Shown in pieces: positions 39,554 through 47,565 of a DNA stretch of 64,000 nucleotides (its first letter is position 1; each line of letters opens with the position of its first letter). A program made the position numbers and the translations under genes. This stretch comes from Candidatus Bipolaricaulota bacterium (GTDB lineage Bacteria > Bipolaricaulota > Bipolaricaulia > Bipolaricaulales > Bipolaricaulaceae). Location: positions 7,765 through 71,764 of the forward strand of contig JACIWJ010000001.1 in NCBI GenBank assembly GCA_014361015.1. The letters run 5' to 3'. The notes under the pieces were generated by a model. The model did no database searches. It was not told the origin of the DNA and saw only the letters and a program-made list of their open reading frames with translations.

Positions 39554-40458
39554 TCCTCGCCGGGGGGTATGGAAAGCGCCTCTGGCCGATCACCCACGAT
39601 CGTCCCAAGCCACTCCTTCCTGTGGCTGGGAGGCCGATCCTGGACTACATCATGGACCAGCTACCAGGACCAGAGCGGCCGATCCTCGCCGTAAACCGGC
39701 GGTTTGAGACCCAGTTCGCGGCGTGGGCCAAGGGGCGGGCGGTGGACGTGGTCGTGGAGCCATCGACCTCCGAGGAGGAAAAGCTGGGATCGGTGGGGGC
39801 CCTTGCCTATCTGGTGGAGAGGCTGCATCTCGATGATGACCTATTGGTGATTGGCGGGGACAACCTACTGGGCCTGAGCCTGGCCGACTTCCGGCGCGCG
39901 TTCCGGGGACAGACCCTCGTTGCCCTCTACGATCTGAAGCGCCCCGACCTCGCTCGCCGGCGCTATGGGGTGGCCGTGGTCGAGGGGAATCGGGTGGTCT
40001 CCTTCCAGGAAAAGCCTGACCGTCCTTGCTCGACCCTGGTGAGCGCAGCCTGTTTCCTGTTCCCGCGGTCCATTCTTCCCCTATTCGGGGCGTTCGTGGA
40101 CCAGGCCGTTGGCCATCAAGACAGCCCGGGGTACTTCCTGGAGTGGCTCCTGCTACGGCATCCCGTCGAGGCGTTCCCATTTGAGGGGGAGTGGTTTGAC
40201 ATCGGGAGCCGTGAGAGCTATATCGAGGCCAACCTGCGATGCACGGGCGGCGAAAGCTGGGTCCATCCCGGGGCACAGGTGGTGGGGTCCACCATTACGC
40301 GGTCTGTGATCGTGGGGCCATGTCGCATCGAGGGAGCGGTGCTGGATGGAGTTGTGGTGGACGAGGGAGCCACGGTGCGGGATGTTCGTTTGAAGGACGT
40401 CCTCGTTGGAAGGGGAGCTTCGCTCCGCGGCGAGGGGAGAGACTCGGGAACGGGTTGA
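39541..40458 (+). CDS. sugar-1-phosphate nucleotidyltransferase (NDP-sugar pyrophosphorylase) with C-terminal left-handed beta-helix
   Basis: LAGGYGKRLWPITHDRPKPLLPVAGRPILDY signature. GTG start overlapping the GT4 gene end. Confidence 0.85.
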   Translation: MRTVILAGGYGKRLWPITHDRPKPLLPVAGRPILDYIMDQLPGPERPILAVNRRFETQFAAWAKGRAVDVVVEPSTSEEEKLGSVGALAYLVERLHLDDDLLVIGGDNLLGLSLADFRRAFRGQTLVALYDLKRPDLARRRYGVAVVEGNRVVSFQEKPDRPCSTLVSAACFLFPRSILPLFGAFVDQAVGHQDSPGYFLEWLLLRHPVEAFPFEGEWFDIGSRESYIEANLRCTGGESWVHPGAQVVGSTITRSVIVGPCRIEGAVLDGVVVDEGATVRDVRLKDVLVGRGASLRGEGRDSGTG

Positions 40459-40681
40459 CGATTCGTCGCTGGATGAGGGGCGAACAGGATGTGTGGGGAT
40501 GGCCCGCGGGACGGTCGACCGTGGGGAGAAAGGTCTGCACCGCCGAACGTGCCGCGATCGGAGGGGGGACCTGGGAAGCTCTGGGTTTGGGGTCAACCCA
40601 AACTTGAACCGGCCGTTCTCGGCATCTTCCGCATGCTCGGCGGTGCGGCCTCGATCTCGTAGGCTGGGATGATCCAGTTGA

Positions 40682-41950
40682 TCAGTGGATGAAGGCGTGA
40701 GGGTCAGCCCTGAACTGGGTGAGGGGGACGGACTTCTCCTCCCCGGAGGCGAGGTCCTTGAGCTTGATCTCGCCGCGGACGAGTTCGTCCGGGCCCAAGA
40801 TCGCGGCGTAGCGCGCGCCCCGGCCGGCGACCTGCATCGCCTTCCGCAGGGATCGCCCCATGTAGTCGGTGTCCACGGAGAGGCCGCTCCGGCGCAAGGC
40901 CGCGAGGAGCTTCGCCCCCTCGCGTCTGGCCTCGTCCCCGATCGGGACGATGTACAGGTCGAGCGCGGGAGCCGGCGCTCTGTCCGCACCCTGCTGCGCG
41001 GAGAGGACGATGGCCAGCCGTTCCATTCCGCCCGCGAACCCCACCGCCGGGGTGGGGGGGCCGCCGAGGAGCTCCACCAGCCCGTCGTACCGCCCCCCGC
41101 CGAGGAGGGCGTCCTGGGCCCCGAGGTCGCGCGAGCACAGCTCGAACACGGTGCGGGTGTAGTAGTCGAGCCCCCGGACGAGGGACGGGTCGAACTCGTG
41201 GGCGAGCCCGAGGTCCACAAGGTGGGCCTGGACGTCGGCGAAGTGCCTGCGGCACTCCGGGCAGAGGTGGTCCACGGAGCGGGGGGCCGACCGCGCGAGG
41301 GCGCGGCACCCCTCCTCCTTGCAGTCGAGGATCCGCAGGGGGTTCGTCTCCAGCCGGCGCCGGCACTCCGGGCACAGGTCTCCCGCCTGGGCCGCGAAGT
41401 AGCCCCGCAGGGCCTCGCGGTACAGGGGGCGGTCGTCCCGGCAGCCGATCGAGTTCAACCGTAGGAGAAGACCCTCCCGCCGCAGGGCGAGGCGCTCCAT
41501 GAGGTGCCAGGCGAGGTCCATGACCTCGGCGTCGAGGGCGGGATCGAGCGACCCGATCGCCTCGACCCCGTACTGGTGGAACTGGCGCTGGCGGCCCAGT
41601 TGCGGCTTCTCGTAGCGGAACATCGCCCCCAGGTAGTAGAGCTTGGCGAGGTCGCCCTTGGCGTGGAGCCCGTGCTCGACGTAGGCCCGGACCACGGACG
41701 CCGTCGCCTCGGGCCGCAGGGCGAGCGGGAGGCCCTTCCGGTCGGGGAACACGTACATCTGCTTGTCCACGACCTCGGTCTCCTCGCCGACCCCGCGGGA
41801 GAAGAGCTCGACCCGCTCGACGAGGGGGACGCGGATCTCGCGGTACCCGTAGAGGGCGAACGCGGCGCGGATCTCCGCTTCCAGCTTCTGCCAGAGCGGG
41901 GTCTCCTCGGGGAGGATGTCGCGCATCCCGCGGACGCTCTCGACCTTCAT
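40682..41950 (-). CDS. hisS: histidine--tRNA ligase
   Basis: MKVESVRGMRDILPEE N-terminus and class II motifs (FRYEKPQLGRQRQFHQ), 422 aa. ATGA overlap with the ribH stop. Confidence 0.95.
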   Translation of the reverse strand: MKVESVRGMRDILPEETPLWQKLEAEIRAAFALYGYREIRVPLVERVELFSRGVGEETEVVDKQMYVFPDRKGLPLALRPEATASVVRAYVEHGLHAKGDLAKLYYLGAMFRYEKPQLGRQRQFHQYGVEAIGSLDPALDAEVMDLAWHLMERLALRREGLLLRLNSIGCRDDRPLYREALRGYFAAQAGDLCPECRRRLETNPLRILDCKEEGCRALARSAPRSVDHLCPECRRHFADVQAHLVDLGLAHEFDPSLVRGLDYYTRTVFELCSRDLGAQDALLGGGRYDGLVELLGGPPTPAVGFAGGMERLAIVLSAQQGADRAPAPALDLYIVPIGDEARREGAKLLAALRRSGLSVDTDYMGRSLRKAMQVAGRGARYAAILGPDELVRGEIKLKDLASGEEKSVPLTQFRADPHAFIH

Positions 41951-42414
41951 CCCCCGATCGCCCGCTCCAGGTTGATCATCTCCACGAGGGACTCCGCGGC
42001 CTGGGCGCCCTTGTTCCCGACCTTGCCGCCCGCCCGCTCCAGGGCCTGGTCCATCGTGTCGGCGGTGAGGACGCCGAACGCCACCGGCACGGGCAGGTCG
42101 AGGTTCAGCTTGGCGAGTCCCTTCGCCGCCTCGGCGGCCACGTACTCGAAGTGGGGCGTGGCCCCCCGCACCACGGCGGCAAGGGCGACCACGCCGTGGA
42201 ACTTCCCCGACGCCCCGAGGGCCTGGACCGCCCGTGGGAGCTCGAACGCCCCCGGGACCCACGCCACGGCGATGTCCTTCTCCGCCACCCCCAGCCGGCG
42301 CAGCCGATCGAGCGCCCCACCGAGGAGCTCCTTCGTCACGAGGTCGTTGAACCGGGACACGGCGATTCCGACCTTGAGGCCCTTGCCATCCAGCTTCCCT
42401 TCGTACGATGCCAT
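41947..42414 (-). CDS. ribH: 6,7-dimethyl-8-ribityllumazine synthase
   Basis: GIAVSRFNDLVTKELLGGA, VPGAFELP and TPHFEYV motifs, 155 aa. Confidence 0.95.
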   Translation of the reverse strand: MASYEGKLDGKGLKVGIAVSRFNDLVTKELLGGALDRLRRLGVAEKDIAVAWVPGAFELPRAVQALGASGKFHGVVALAAVVRGATPHFEYVAAEAAKGLAKLNLDLPVPVAFGVLTADTMDQALERAGGKVGNKGAQAAESLVEMINLERAIGG

Positions 42415-42428
42415 CTTCCCCTCCTTGG

Positions 42429-43643
42429 CTAGACCTTGTCCAGCTTGTGTCCGAGCTTCTCCTTCTTCGCCTTGAGGTAGCGCACGTTGTAGGGGTTGGG
42501 CTCGACCTCGATCGGCACGGTGTCCACAATCGCCAGGTCGTATCCAGCGAGGCCGGCCACCTTGCGGGGGTTGTTGGTGAGGAGCTGGATCCGCTTCACC
42601 CCGAGGGCGACCAGGATCTGGGCCCCGATCCCGTACTCGCGGAGGTCCGCCGGGTACCCGAGCCGCAGGTTCGCCTCCACCGTGTCCAGGCCTTGGTCCT
42701 GAAGTTGGTACGCGCACAGCTTCCCCAGGAGCCCGATCCCTCTCCCCTCCTGACGCATGTAGAGGACGACCCCCCGGCCCGCGCGCTCGATCATCTGCAG
42801 CGCGGTGCGCAGCTGGTCGCCGCAGTCGCAGCGCAGGGAGCCCAAGGCATCGCCGGTCAAACACTCCGAGTGGACGCGCACCAGGACCGGCTCGTCGCCC
42901 GAGAGATCACCCTTCACAAGGGCGACGTGCTCCTGGCCGGTGAGGATGTCCCGGAACGTGACGATCTGGAACCGTCCGTATCGCGTGGGGAGTTCGGCCT
43001 CGCAGACCCGCTCCACGAGCTTCTCCTGCTTCTTGCGGTACGCGATCAGCTCGGCAATGGTGAGGATGGGGAAGCCGTGCCGCTCGGCGAAAACCGTGAG
43101 TTCAGGCAGGCGGGCCATCGTCCCATCCTCGTTCATGATCTCGCAGATCACCCCCACCGGCTGGAGGCCGGCGAGCCGACACAGGTCCACCGCCGCTTCG
43201 GTGTGCCCGGCCCGGCGGAGGACCCCCCCCTCGCGGGCGATGAGGGGGAACACGTGGCCGGGGCGGGCGAGGTCCTCTGGCCCGCTGGTGGGATCGGCGA
43301 GGACGAGGATCGTCCGCGCCCGGTCGGCGGCGGAGATCCCGGTGGACACCCCGCGGCGGGCGTCGACGGAGATCGTGAACGCTGTCTCGTGGCTGTCCTC
43401 GGGCGGCTCGACCATCGGCCGAAGCTCCAACCGCTTCGCCCATTCCCGCGGCAGGGGGACACACAGCAGGCCCCGCCCCTCGCGGAGCATGAAGTTGATC
43501 GCGTCTGGAGTTGCCTTCTCCGCCGCCAGCACGAGGTCGCCCTCGTTCTCCCGGTCCTCATCGTCCACGACGATGATCATCCGGCCCGCGCGGAGCGCCT
43601 CCACCGCTTCCTCGACCGTCGCTAGCTTCACCGCTCCCTCCAC
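42429..43643 (-). CDS. ribBA: bifunctional 3,4-dihydroxy-2-butanone-4-phosphate synthase / GTP cyclohydrolase II
   Basis: DDEDRENEGDLV (DHBP synthase) and HSECLTGDALGSLRCDCG (GCH II zinc site). Confidence 0.95.
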   Translation of the reverse strand: MEGAVKLATVEEAVEALRAGRMIIVVDDEDRENEGDLVLAAEKATPDAINFMLREGRGLLCVPLPREWAKRLELRPMVEPPEDSHETAFTISVDARRGVSTGISAADRARTILVLADPTSGPEDLARPGHVFPLIAREGGVLRRAGHTEAAVDLCRLAGLQPVGVICEIMNEDGTMARLPELTVFAERHGFPILTIAELIAYRKKQEKLVERVCEAELPTRYGRFQIVTFRDILTGQEHVALVKGDLSGDEPVLVRVHSECLTGDALGSLRCDCGDQLRTALQMIERAGRGVVLYMRQEGRGIGLLGKLCAYQLQDQGLDTVEANLRLGYPADLREYGIGAQILVALGVKRIQLLTNNPRKVAGLAGYDLAIVDTVPIEVEPNPYNVRYLKAKKEKLGHKLDKV

Positions 43644-44197
43644 CCAAGCACGTATTTTGCCAGGATGTCAAACTCCAGGTTCACCCGGTCCCCGACCCGG
43701 CGCGCGGAGAGGTTGGTGTGGTTCCACGTATAGGGGACGATCGCGCACCGGAACGTGCCGTCACCCACCGCGAACGGGGTCAGGCTGATCCCGTCCACCC
43801 CCACCGACCCCTTGTCGGCAACGAGGGGGGCGTAGCGGGGCGCGAACGTGATCCCAACGAGCACATCTTCCCCCTTCCGCTCGATCAAAGCGACCTTCCC
43901 CACCGTGTCCACATGGCCGAGGAGGAGGTGCCCCCCCAGTTCGTCCCCGGCCCGCAGCGCCGGCTCGAGGTTGACGGGGTCCCCCGGCCGGAGATCGCCG
44001 AGCGCAGTCCGGACGATCGTCTCCGCGGAGAGGTTCATCGCCATTCTTCCCCCCCTTGATTCGGTCACGGTCAGGCACACCCCGTTCACAGCGACGCTCG
44101 CCCCAGGGGCGAGGACGAGGTCGAGGCCATCCACGGCGAGGCGGCGGGGGGACCGCTCCACCACCTCGCCCAGGGCGCGCACGATTCCGGTGAACAT
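43628..44197 (-). CDS. ribE: riboflavin synthase alpha chain
   Basis: MFTGIV N-terminus and duplicated lumazine-binding repeats (VNGVCLTV / VDGISLT). Confidence 0.9.
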   Translation of the reverse strand: MFTGIVRALGEVVERSPRRLAVDGLDLVLAPGASVAVNGVCLTVTESRGGRMAMNLSAETIVRTALGDLRPGDPVNLEPALRAGDELGGHLLLGHVDTVGKVALIERKGEDVLVGITFAPRYAPLVADKGSVGVDGISLTPFAVGDGTFRCAIVPYTWNHTNLSARRVGDRVNLEFDILAKYVLGWRER

Positions 44198-44278
44198 CGT
44201 GGGCGAGTGTACGTCCGCCGCTGGTTTTCCCCAAGGCACGTTGAGGAGAGGAGATCTCCCCAGTAAAGTCGCGGGGTT

Positions 44279-45751
44279 ATGCACCTGCGCACTCTGGTTC
44301 TGGGCATGCTCGCGGCCCTCGCGTGCTCCCTCCTCACCGTCGCGGAGCCGGTGGAGATCCTCCGCACGGTCGAGGAGGGGACGGGAATCGTTCAGGTCAC
44401 GACGAGCCTCCTCCGCTACCGGTTCTCCGAAGAGGGTGGGACGTTACGCAGCGCGTTCGTTCATTTCGCTGGGTACGGGACGACGGTTCTCGACGCTGTC
44501 CCTGGCTGGAGCAGCGGTGCTCAGCCCACGCTCGGATACGGGGTGAGTCTGCCGTTCGAGGTCTGGGTAGGACAGGACACTTCTGATCCCCGACCCTATG
44601 TCGCTGCGGCCGAAGCGCGTGGGGCCGATCAGGCGGTGGTTGCTCTCCGCCATGCGGGGGATGACCTCGCCATCACCAAGGAGTTTCGGGTTCGGTGGGA
44701 CGCTCTGTACACGATGGATGTGGTGGTGGACGTTAGCGCCCCCGGCCAGAGGGTTCGCCTTGTCCTGGGGCACCGTCCGAGTGGAAGCGATGCGGAACTC
44801 GTGTTCCTCTACGATGGGAAGACATCCACTGCCCCCCTCGCTCCCGGGAGCTACGCCCAGTTCCAGGGCCTGGGATTGGTGGGCAGGGATCGGGTGTACT
44901 TCCTCCGTCTGGACGAAGGAAGCGCGGTCCCGTTCCTCGGTGTGAACGAAGCCGGGCACCCCGTGTTCGGCATCGAAGGAACGGGTCAAATTGCGCTCCG
45001 GGGGACGCTATACACGGGCCGTAACCGCTACGTGCTCCTCGAGAAGGCGGGCCTGGAGGCAGTGGCGCCGGTGGGCTTCTTCTCCCAGTTCCTGGTGTGG
45101 GTGATGAAGTTCTTTGAGTGGCTCTATCGCTTCACCGGGAACTACGGCTGGGCGATCATCCTGTTCACGATCATCACCCGTATCGTGACCTATCCCCTCA
45201 TGCGCAACCAGTACCGGTCCATGGCGAAGATGCAGCGCCTGGCACCGAAGCTGAAGCGGCTTCAGGAGAAGTACAAGGACGATCGCCAGACGTTGCAGCA
45301 ACAGATGATGGAGCTCTACCGCCAGGAGAAGGTGAACCCGCTCGGGGGGTGCCTGCCGCTGATCCTGCAGTTCCCGATCCTGATCCTCCTCTGGCAGGCG
45401 ATCATGCACTCCGCGGAGCAGATCCACATCTCGCCGGGCTTTCTCTGGCTGCGGGATCTCTCGCAGCCCGATCCGTACTACATCATGATCGTCCTCGCCA
45501 CAGGGGCGCAGCTCCTCCAGCAGTGGCTGACCCAGCGCCGGATGCCCGAACCTCCGACCGGGGGAAGCCAGCTGATAGGGTGGGTGTTCCCGATCGTGAT
45601 GGCCCTCCTCTTCCTGGGCTTCCCCGCCGGGCTGTGGTTGTATTGGTTGCTCTCCACCCTCCTCCAGATCGGACAGCAGTTCATCTTCGATCTGGAGATG
45701 GCGCGGGAGACGAAGCGGGCCCCGGCTGCGGATGGACCCCCGACTCCTTGA
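44279..45751 (+). CDS. yidC: membrane protein insertase YidC (long periplasmic-domain form)
   Basis: 60-kDa insertase core YGWAIILFTIITRIVTYPL...MQRLAPKLKRLQEKYKDD...NPLGGCLPLILQFPI. Confidence 0.9.
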   Translation: MHLRTLVLGMLAALACSLLTVAEPVEILRTVEEGTGIVQVTTSLLRYRFSEEGGTLRSAFVHFAGYGTTVLDAVPGWSSGAQPTLGYGVSLPFEVWVGQDTSDPRPYVAAAEARGADQAVVALRHAGDDLAITKEFRVRWDALYTMDVVVDVSAPGQRVRLVLGHRPSGSDAELVFLYDGKTSTAPLAPGSYAQFQGLGLVGRDRVYFLRLDEGSAVPFLGVNEAGHPVFGIEGTGQIALRGTLYTGRNRYVLLEKAGLEAVAPVGFFSQFLVWVMKFFEWLYRFTGNYGWAIILFTIITRIVTYPLMRNQYRSMAKMQRLAPKLKRLQEKYKDDRQTLQQQMMELYRQEKVNPLGGCLPLILQFPILILLWQAIMHSAEQIHISPGFLWLRDLSQPDPYYIMIVLATGAQLLQQWLTQRRMPEPPTGGSQLIGWVFPIVMALLFLGFPAGLWLYWLLSTLLQIGQQFIFDLEMARETKRAPAADGPPTP

Positions 45752-46187
45752 AGCGGTGCGCGGATTCTGCCTTGGGCTCCTTCGGGTCGCGGGGGAGAGG
45801 GGCGAGGCCGTGGTGAGGGCTGAAGGGGGAGGGGTGTACGTGGACCTCCGCGGCGGGTTCCGCCATCTCCCGGCGGGGGATGCGCAGTTCCGGTCTGCTC
45901 TCGCTCGAATGGCCCGCCTTCACCTGAAGAGCCACCACGGCCAGGATGTCCCCGTCCTCGTGGACATCAACGGGGAGGTCGTCGCCCACCGCGAGGAGCT
46001 GGCCCAGCGGGCGCGGGAGCTGGCGCGGCAGGCGTTGGCTGAGCACCGTCGGATCGAGCTCGCCCCGATGCCGGCCGATGATCGGCGCGTCGTGCACATG
46101 GCGCTCGCCGATGTGGCAGGGGTACGGACCTATTCCGTAGGACGGGAGCACAACCGCCGCGTCGTCATCGAACCGGATGTGGACTAG
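45732..46187 (+). CDS. jag: Jag/KhpB-like KH plus R3H domain RNA-binding protein
   Basis: Conserved position after yidC. C-terminal R3H-like segment ELAPMPADDRRVVHMALADVAGVRTYSVGREHNRRVVI. Confidence 0.75.
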   Translation: MDPRLLEAVRGFCLGLLRVAGERGEAVVRAEGGGVYVDLRGGFRHLPAGDAQFRSALARMARLHLKSHHGQDVPVLVDINGEVVAHREELAQRARELARQALAEHRRIELAPMPADDRRVVHMALADVAGVRTYSVGREHNRRVVIEPDVD

Positions 46188-46188
46188 G

Positions 46189-47142
46189 CTAACGTCGGCG
46201 GGCCCGGGCGCGGTCCGCGGCGAGGCTCCACGCGTAGACAACCGGGTTTGACACGAACAGAGAGGAGTACGTTCCCACCACGACCCCCATCAGCATCGCC
46301 ACGGCGAACCCGCGGAGGGGGACCCCTCCGAACACGAACAGGATGATGATCGGAATAAGGGTTGTGACCCCGGTGTTGATGCTTCGGGTGAGGGTCTGGT
46401 TGATCGCCCGGTTGATGTTCTCGGCAAGCGACGCCTTGCGCGCCGTCCGCACGTTCTCCCGCACCCGGTCGAAGATGATGATCGTCGCGTTGAGGGAGTA
46501 GCCGACCACGGTGAGGAGCCCCGCGATCACGGGGAGGTTGAACTCGAGCCGGGCGACGGAAAACACGCCGAGCGTGATCACGACGTCGTGGATGAGGGCG
46601 ACCACCGCCGCCACCCCGTACCGGAGGCGGAACCGCCACGCGATGTAGATGAGCATCGCCCCCAGCGCGACGAGGATCGCCTGCCACGCTCGGTCTCGGA
46701 TCTCCTGGGTGACCATCGGCTCGATCCGTGTGACGCTCACATCGGACCCCCCAGTGCTCGTCACCAGCGGCCGGGGGATCCCCGATTCCGGCCCTGGGCG
46801 GGTGAACGCGTCCTGGAGCTTGTCCATGAGCTCATTGGAGGTCGTTTGCACGGTGATCATCTTTCCCACCACGGGGGTGCCGTCTCGGTCGGCGGTCACG
46901 CTCTGAATGGAGAACGGGGCGGTCGTCCCCGCGTCAGAGAGGAGCTGGGAAACGTGAGCCCGCACCGCGTCGTTCGTTGGCTCCTCCCCTGGTGGGTAGA
47001 AGATGACGAGCTGAATGCCGCTTGTGAACTCGATCCCCGGCTGGAGGCCGAGGGTGAGCATGGCGAGAACGCTCCCCAGCACGAGGGCTGCCGATAGAGG
47101 GACGAAGTACCGCGTCTTGCCCAGGAAGTCGAAGCCGCTCAT
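46189..47142 (-). CDS. secF: protein translocase subunit SecF
   Basis: MSGFDFLGKTRYF N-terminus and SecD/SecF C-terminal TM bundle (GYSLNATIIIFDRVREN). Confidence 0.9.
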   Translation of the reverse strand: MSGFDFLGKTRYFVPLSAALVLGSVLAMLTLGLQPGIEFTSGIQLVIFYPPGEEPTNDAVRAHVSQLLSDAGTTAPFSIQSVTADRDGTPVVGKMITVQTTSNELMDKLQDAFTRPGPESGIPRPLVTSTGGSDVSVTRIEPMVTQEIRDRAWQAILVALGAMLIYIAWRFRLRYGVAAVVALIHDVVITLGVFSVARLEFNLPVIAGLLTVVGYSLNATIIIFDRVRENVRTARKASLAENINRAINQTLTRSINTGVTTLIPIIILFVFGGVPLRGFAVAMLMGVVVGTYSSLFVSNPVVYAWSLAADRARARRR

Positions 47143-47155
47143 CGGGGCTCCTCGG

Positions 47156-47416
47156 TCACGAACGGTGAGGGGCCTTGGCGAGCCGGGACTTGAGCCGGGC
47201 CGCGCGGTTGGGGTGGATCACCCCACGGGCAGCGGCCTTGTCCACCGCCTTCTGGAGCTGCGGCAACGACTGTTGGACCGCTTCCTGTTCGCCAGCGGCG
47301 ACAAGCTTTTCCACCTTGCGCCGCCAGAACCTGATCGCGCTTCGGCGCGCATCGTTGCGGCGCCGCCGGGTCAAACTCCGGCGCTCCTCCCGTTTGGCCG
47401 AGCGTTTGATTGGAAT
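47156..47416 (-). CDS. rpsT: 30S ribosomal protein S20, initiating at ATT
   Basis: Frame reads (ATT)-PIKRSAKREERRSLTRRRRNDARRSA...GVIHPNRAARLKSRLAK, 86 aa. There is an in-frame TGA two codons upstream of the ATT. GGAGG lies 9 nt upstream of the ATT. Confidence 0.8.
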   Translation of the reverse strand: MPIKRSAKREERRSLTRRRRNDARRSAIRFWRRKVEKLVAAGEQEAVQQSLPQLQKAVDKAAARGVIHPNRAARLKSRLAKAPHRS

Positions 47417-47565
47417 GGTTCATCTCCTCCTTGGTTGCGAATGCCAGGCGCGATGGTAGCCCCTCCCCCTCGCGGCCGCAAGGGCGGGACGAAGGTCCTC
47501 TTGCCGCGGCCGGGGACTGTCGCTAAGGTAACGTCGGTTACATTCCCTTACCCAAGGAGATCACC

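Noticed and set aside
40682-42529. Long N-terminal extensions in the ORF track: hisS 615 aa, ribH 305 aa, pepF 763 aa, ruvX 285 aa, tlpA 247 aa, trmD 254 aa and yigZ 325 aa.
   Set aside because: The extensions are Arg/Pro/Gly-rich, overlap upstream genes, and precede internal starts that reproduce canonical protein N-termini. The genes were trimmed to those starts.
44198-44278. FMN (RFN) riboswitch upstream of the ribE-ribBA-ribH operon.
   Set aside because: The intergenic space to divergent yidC is only 81 nt and shows none of the conserved RFN helices or motifs.
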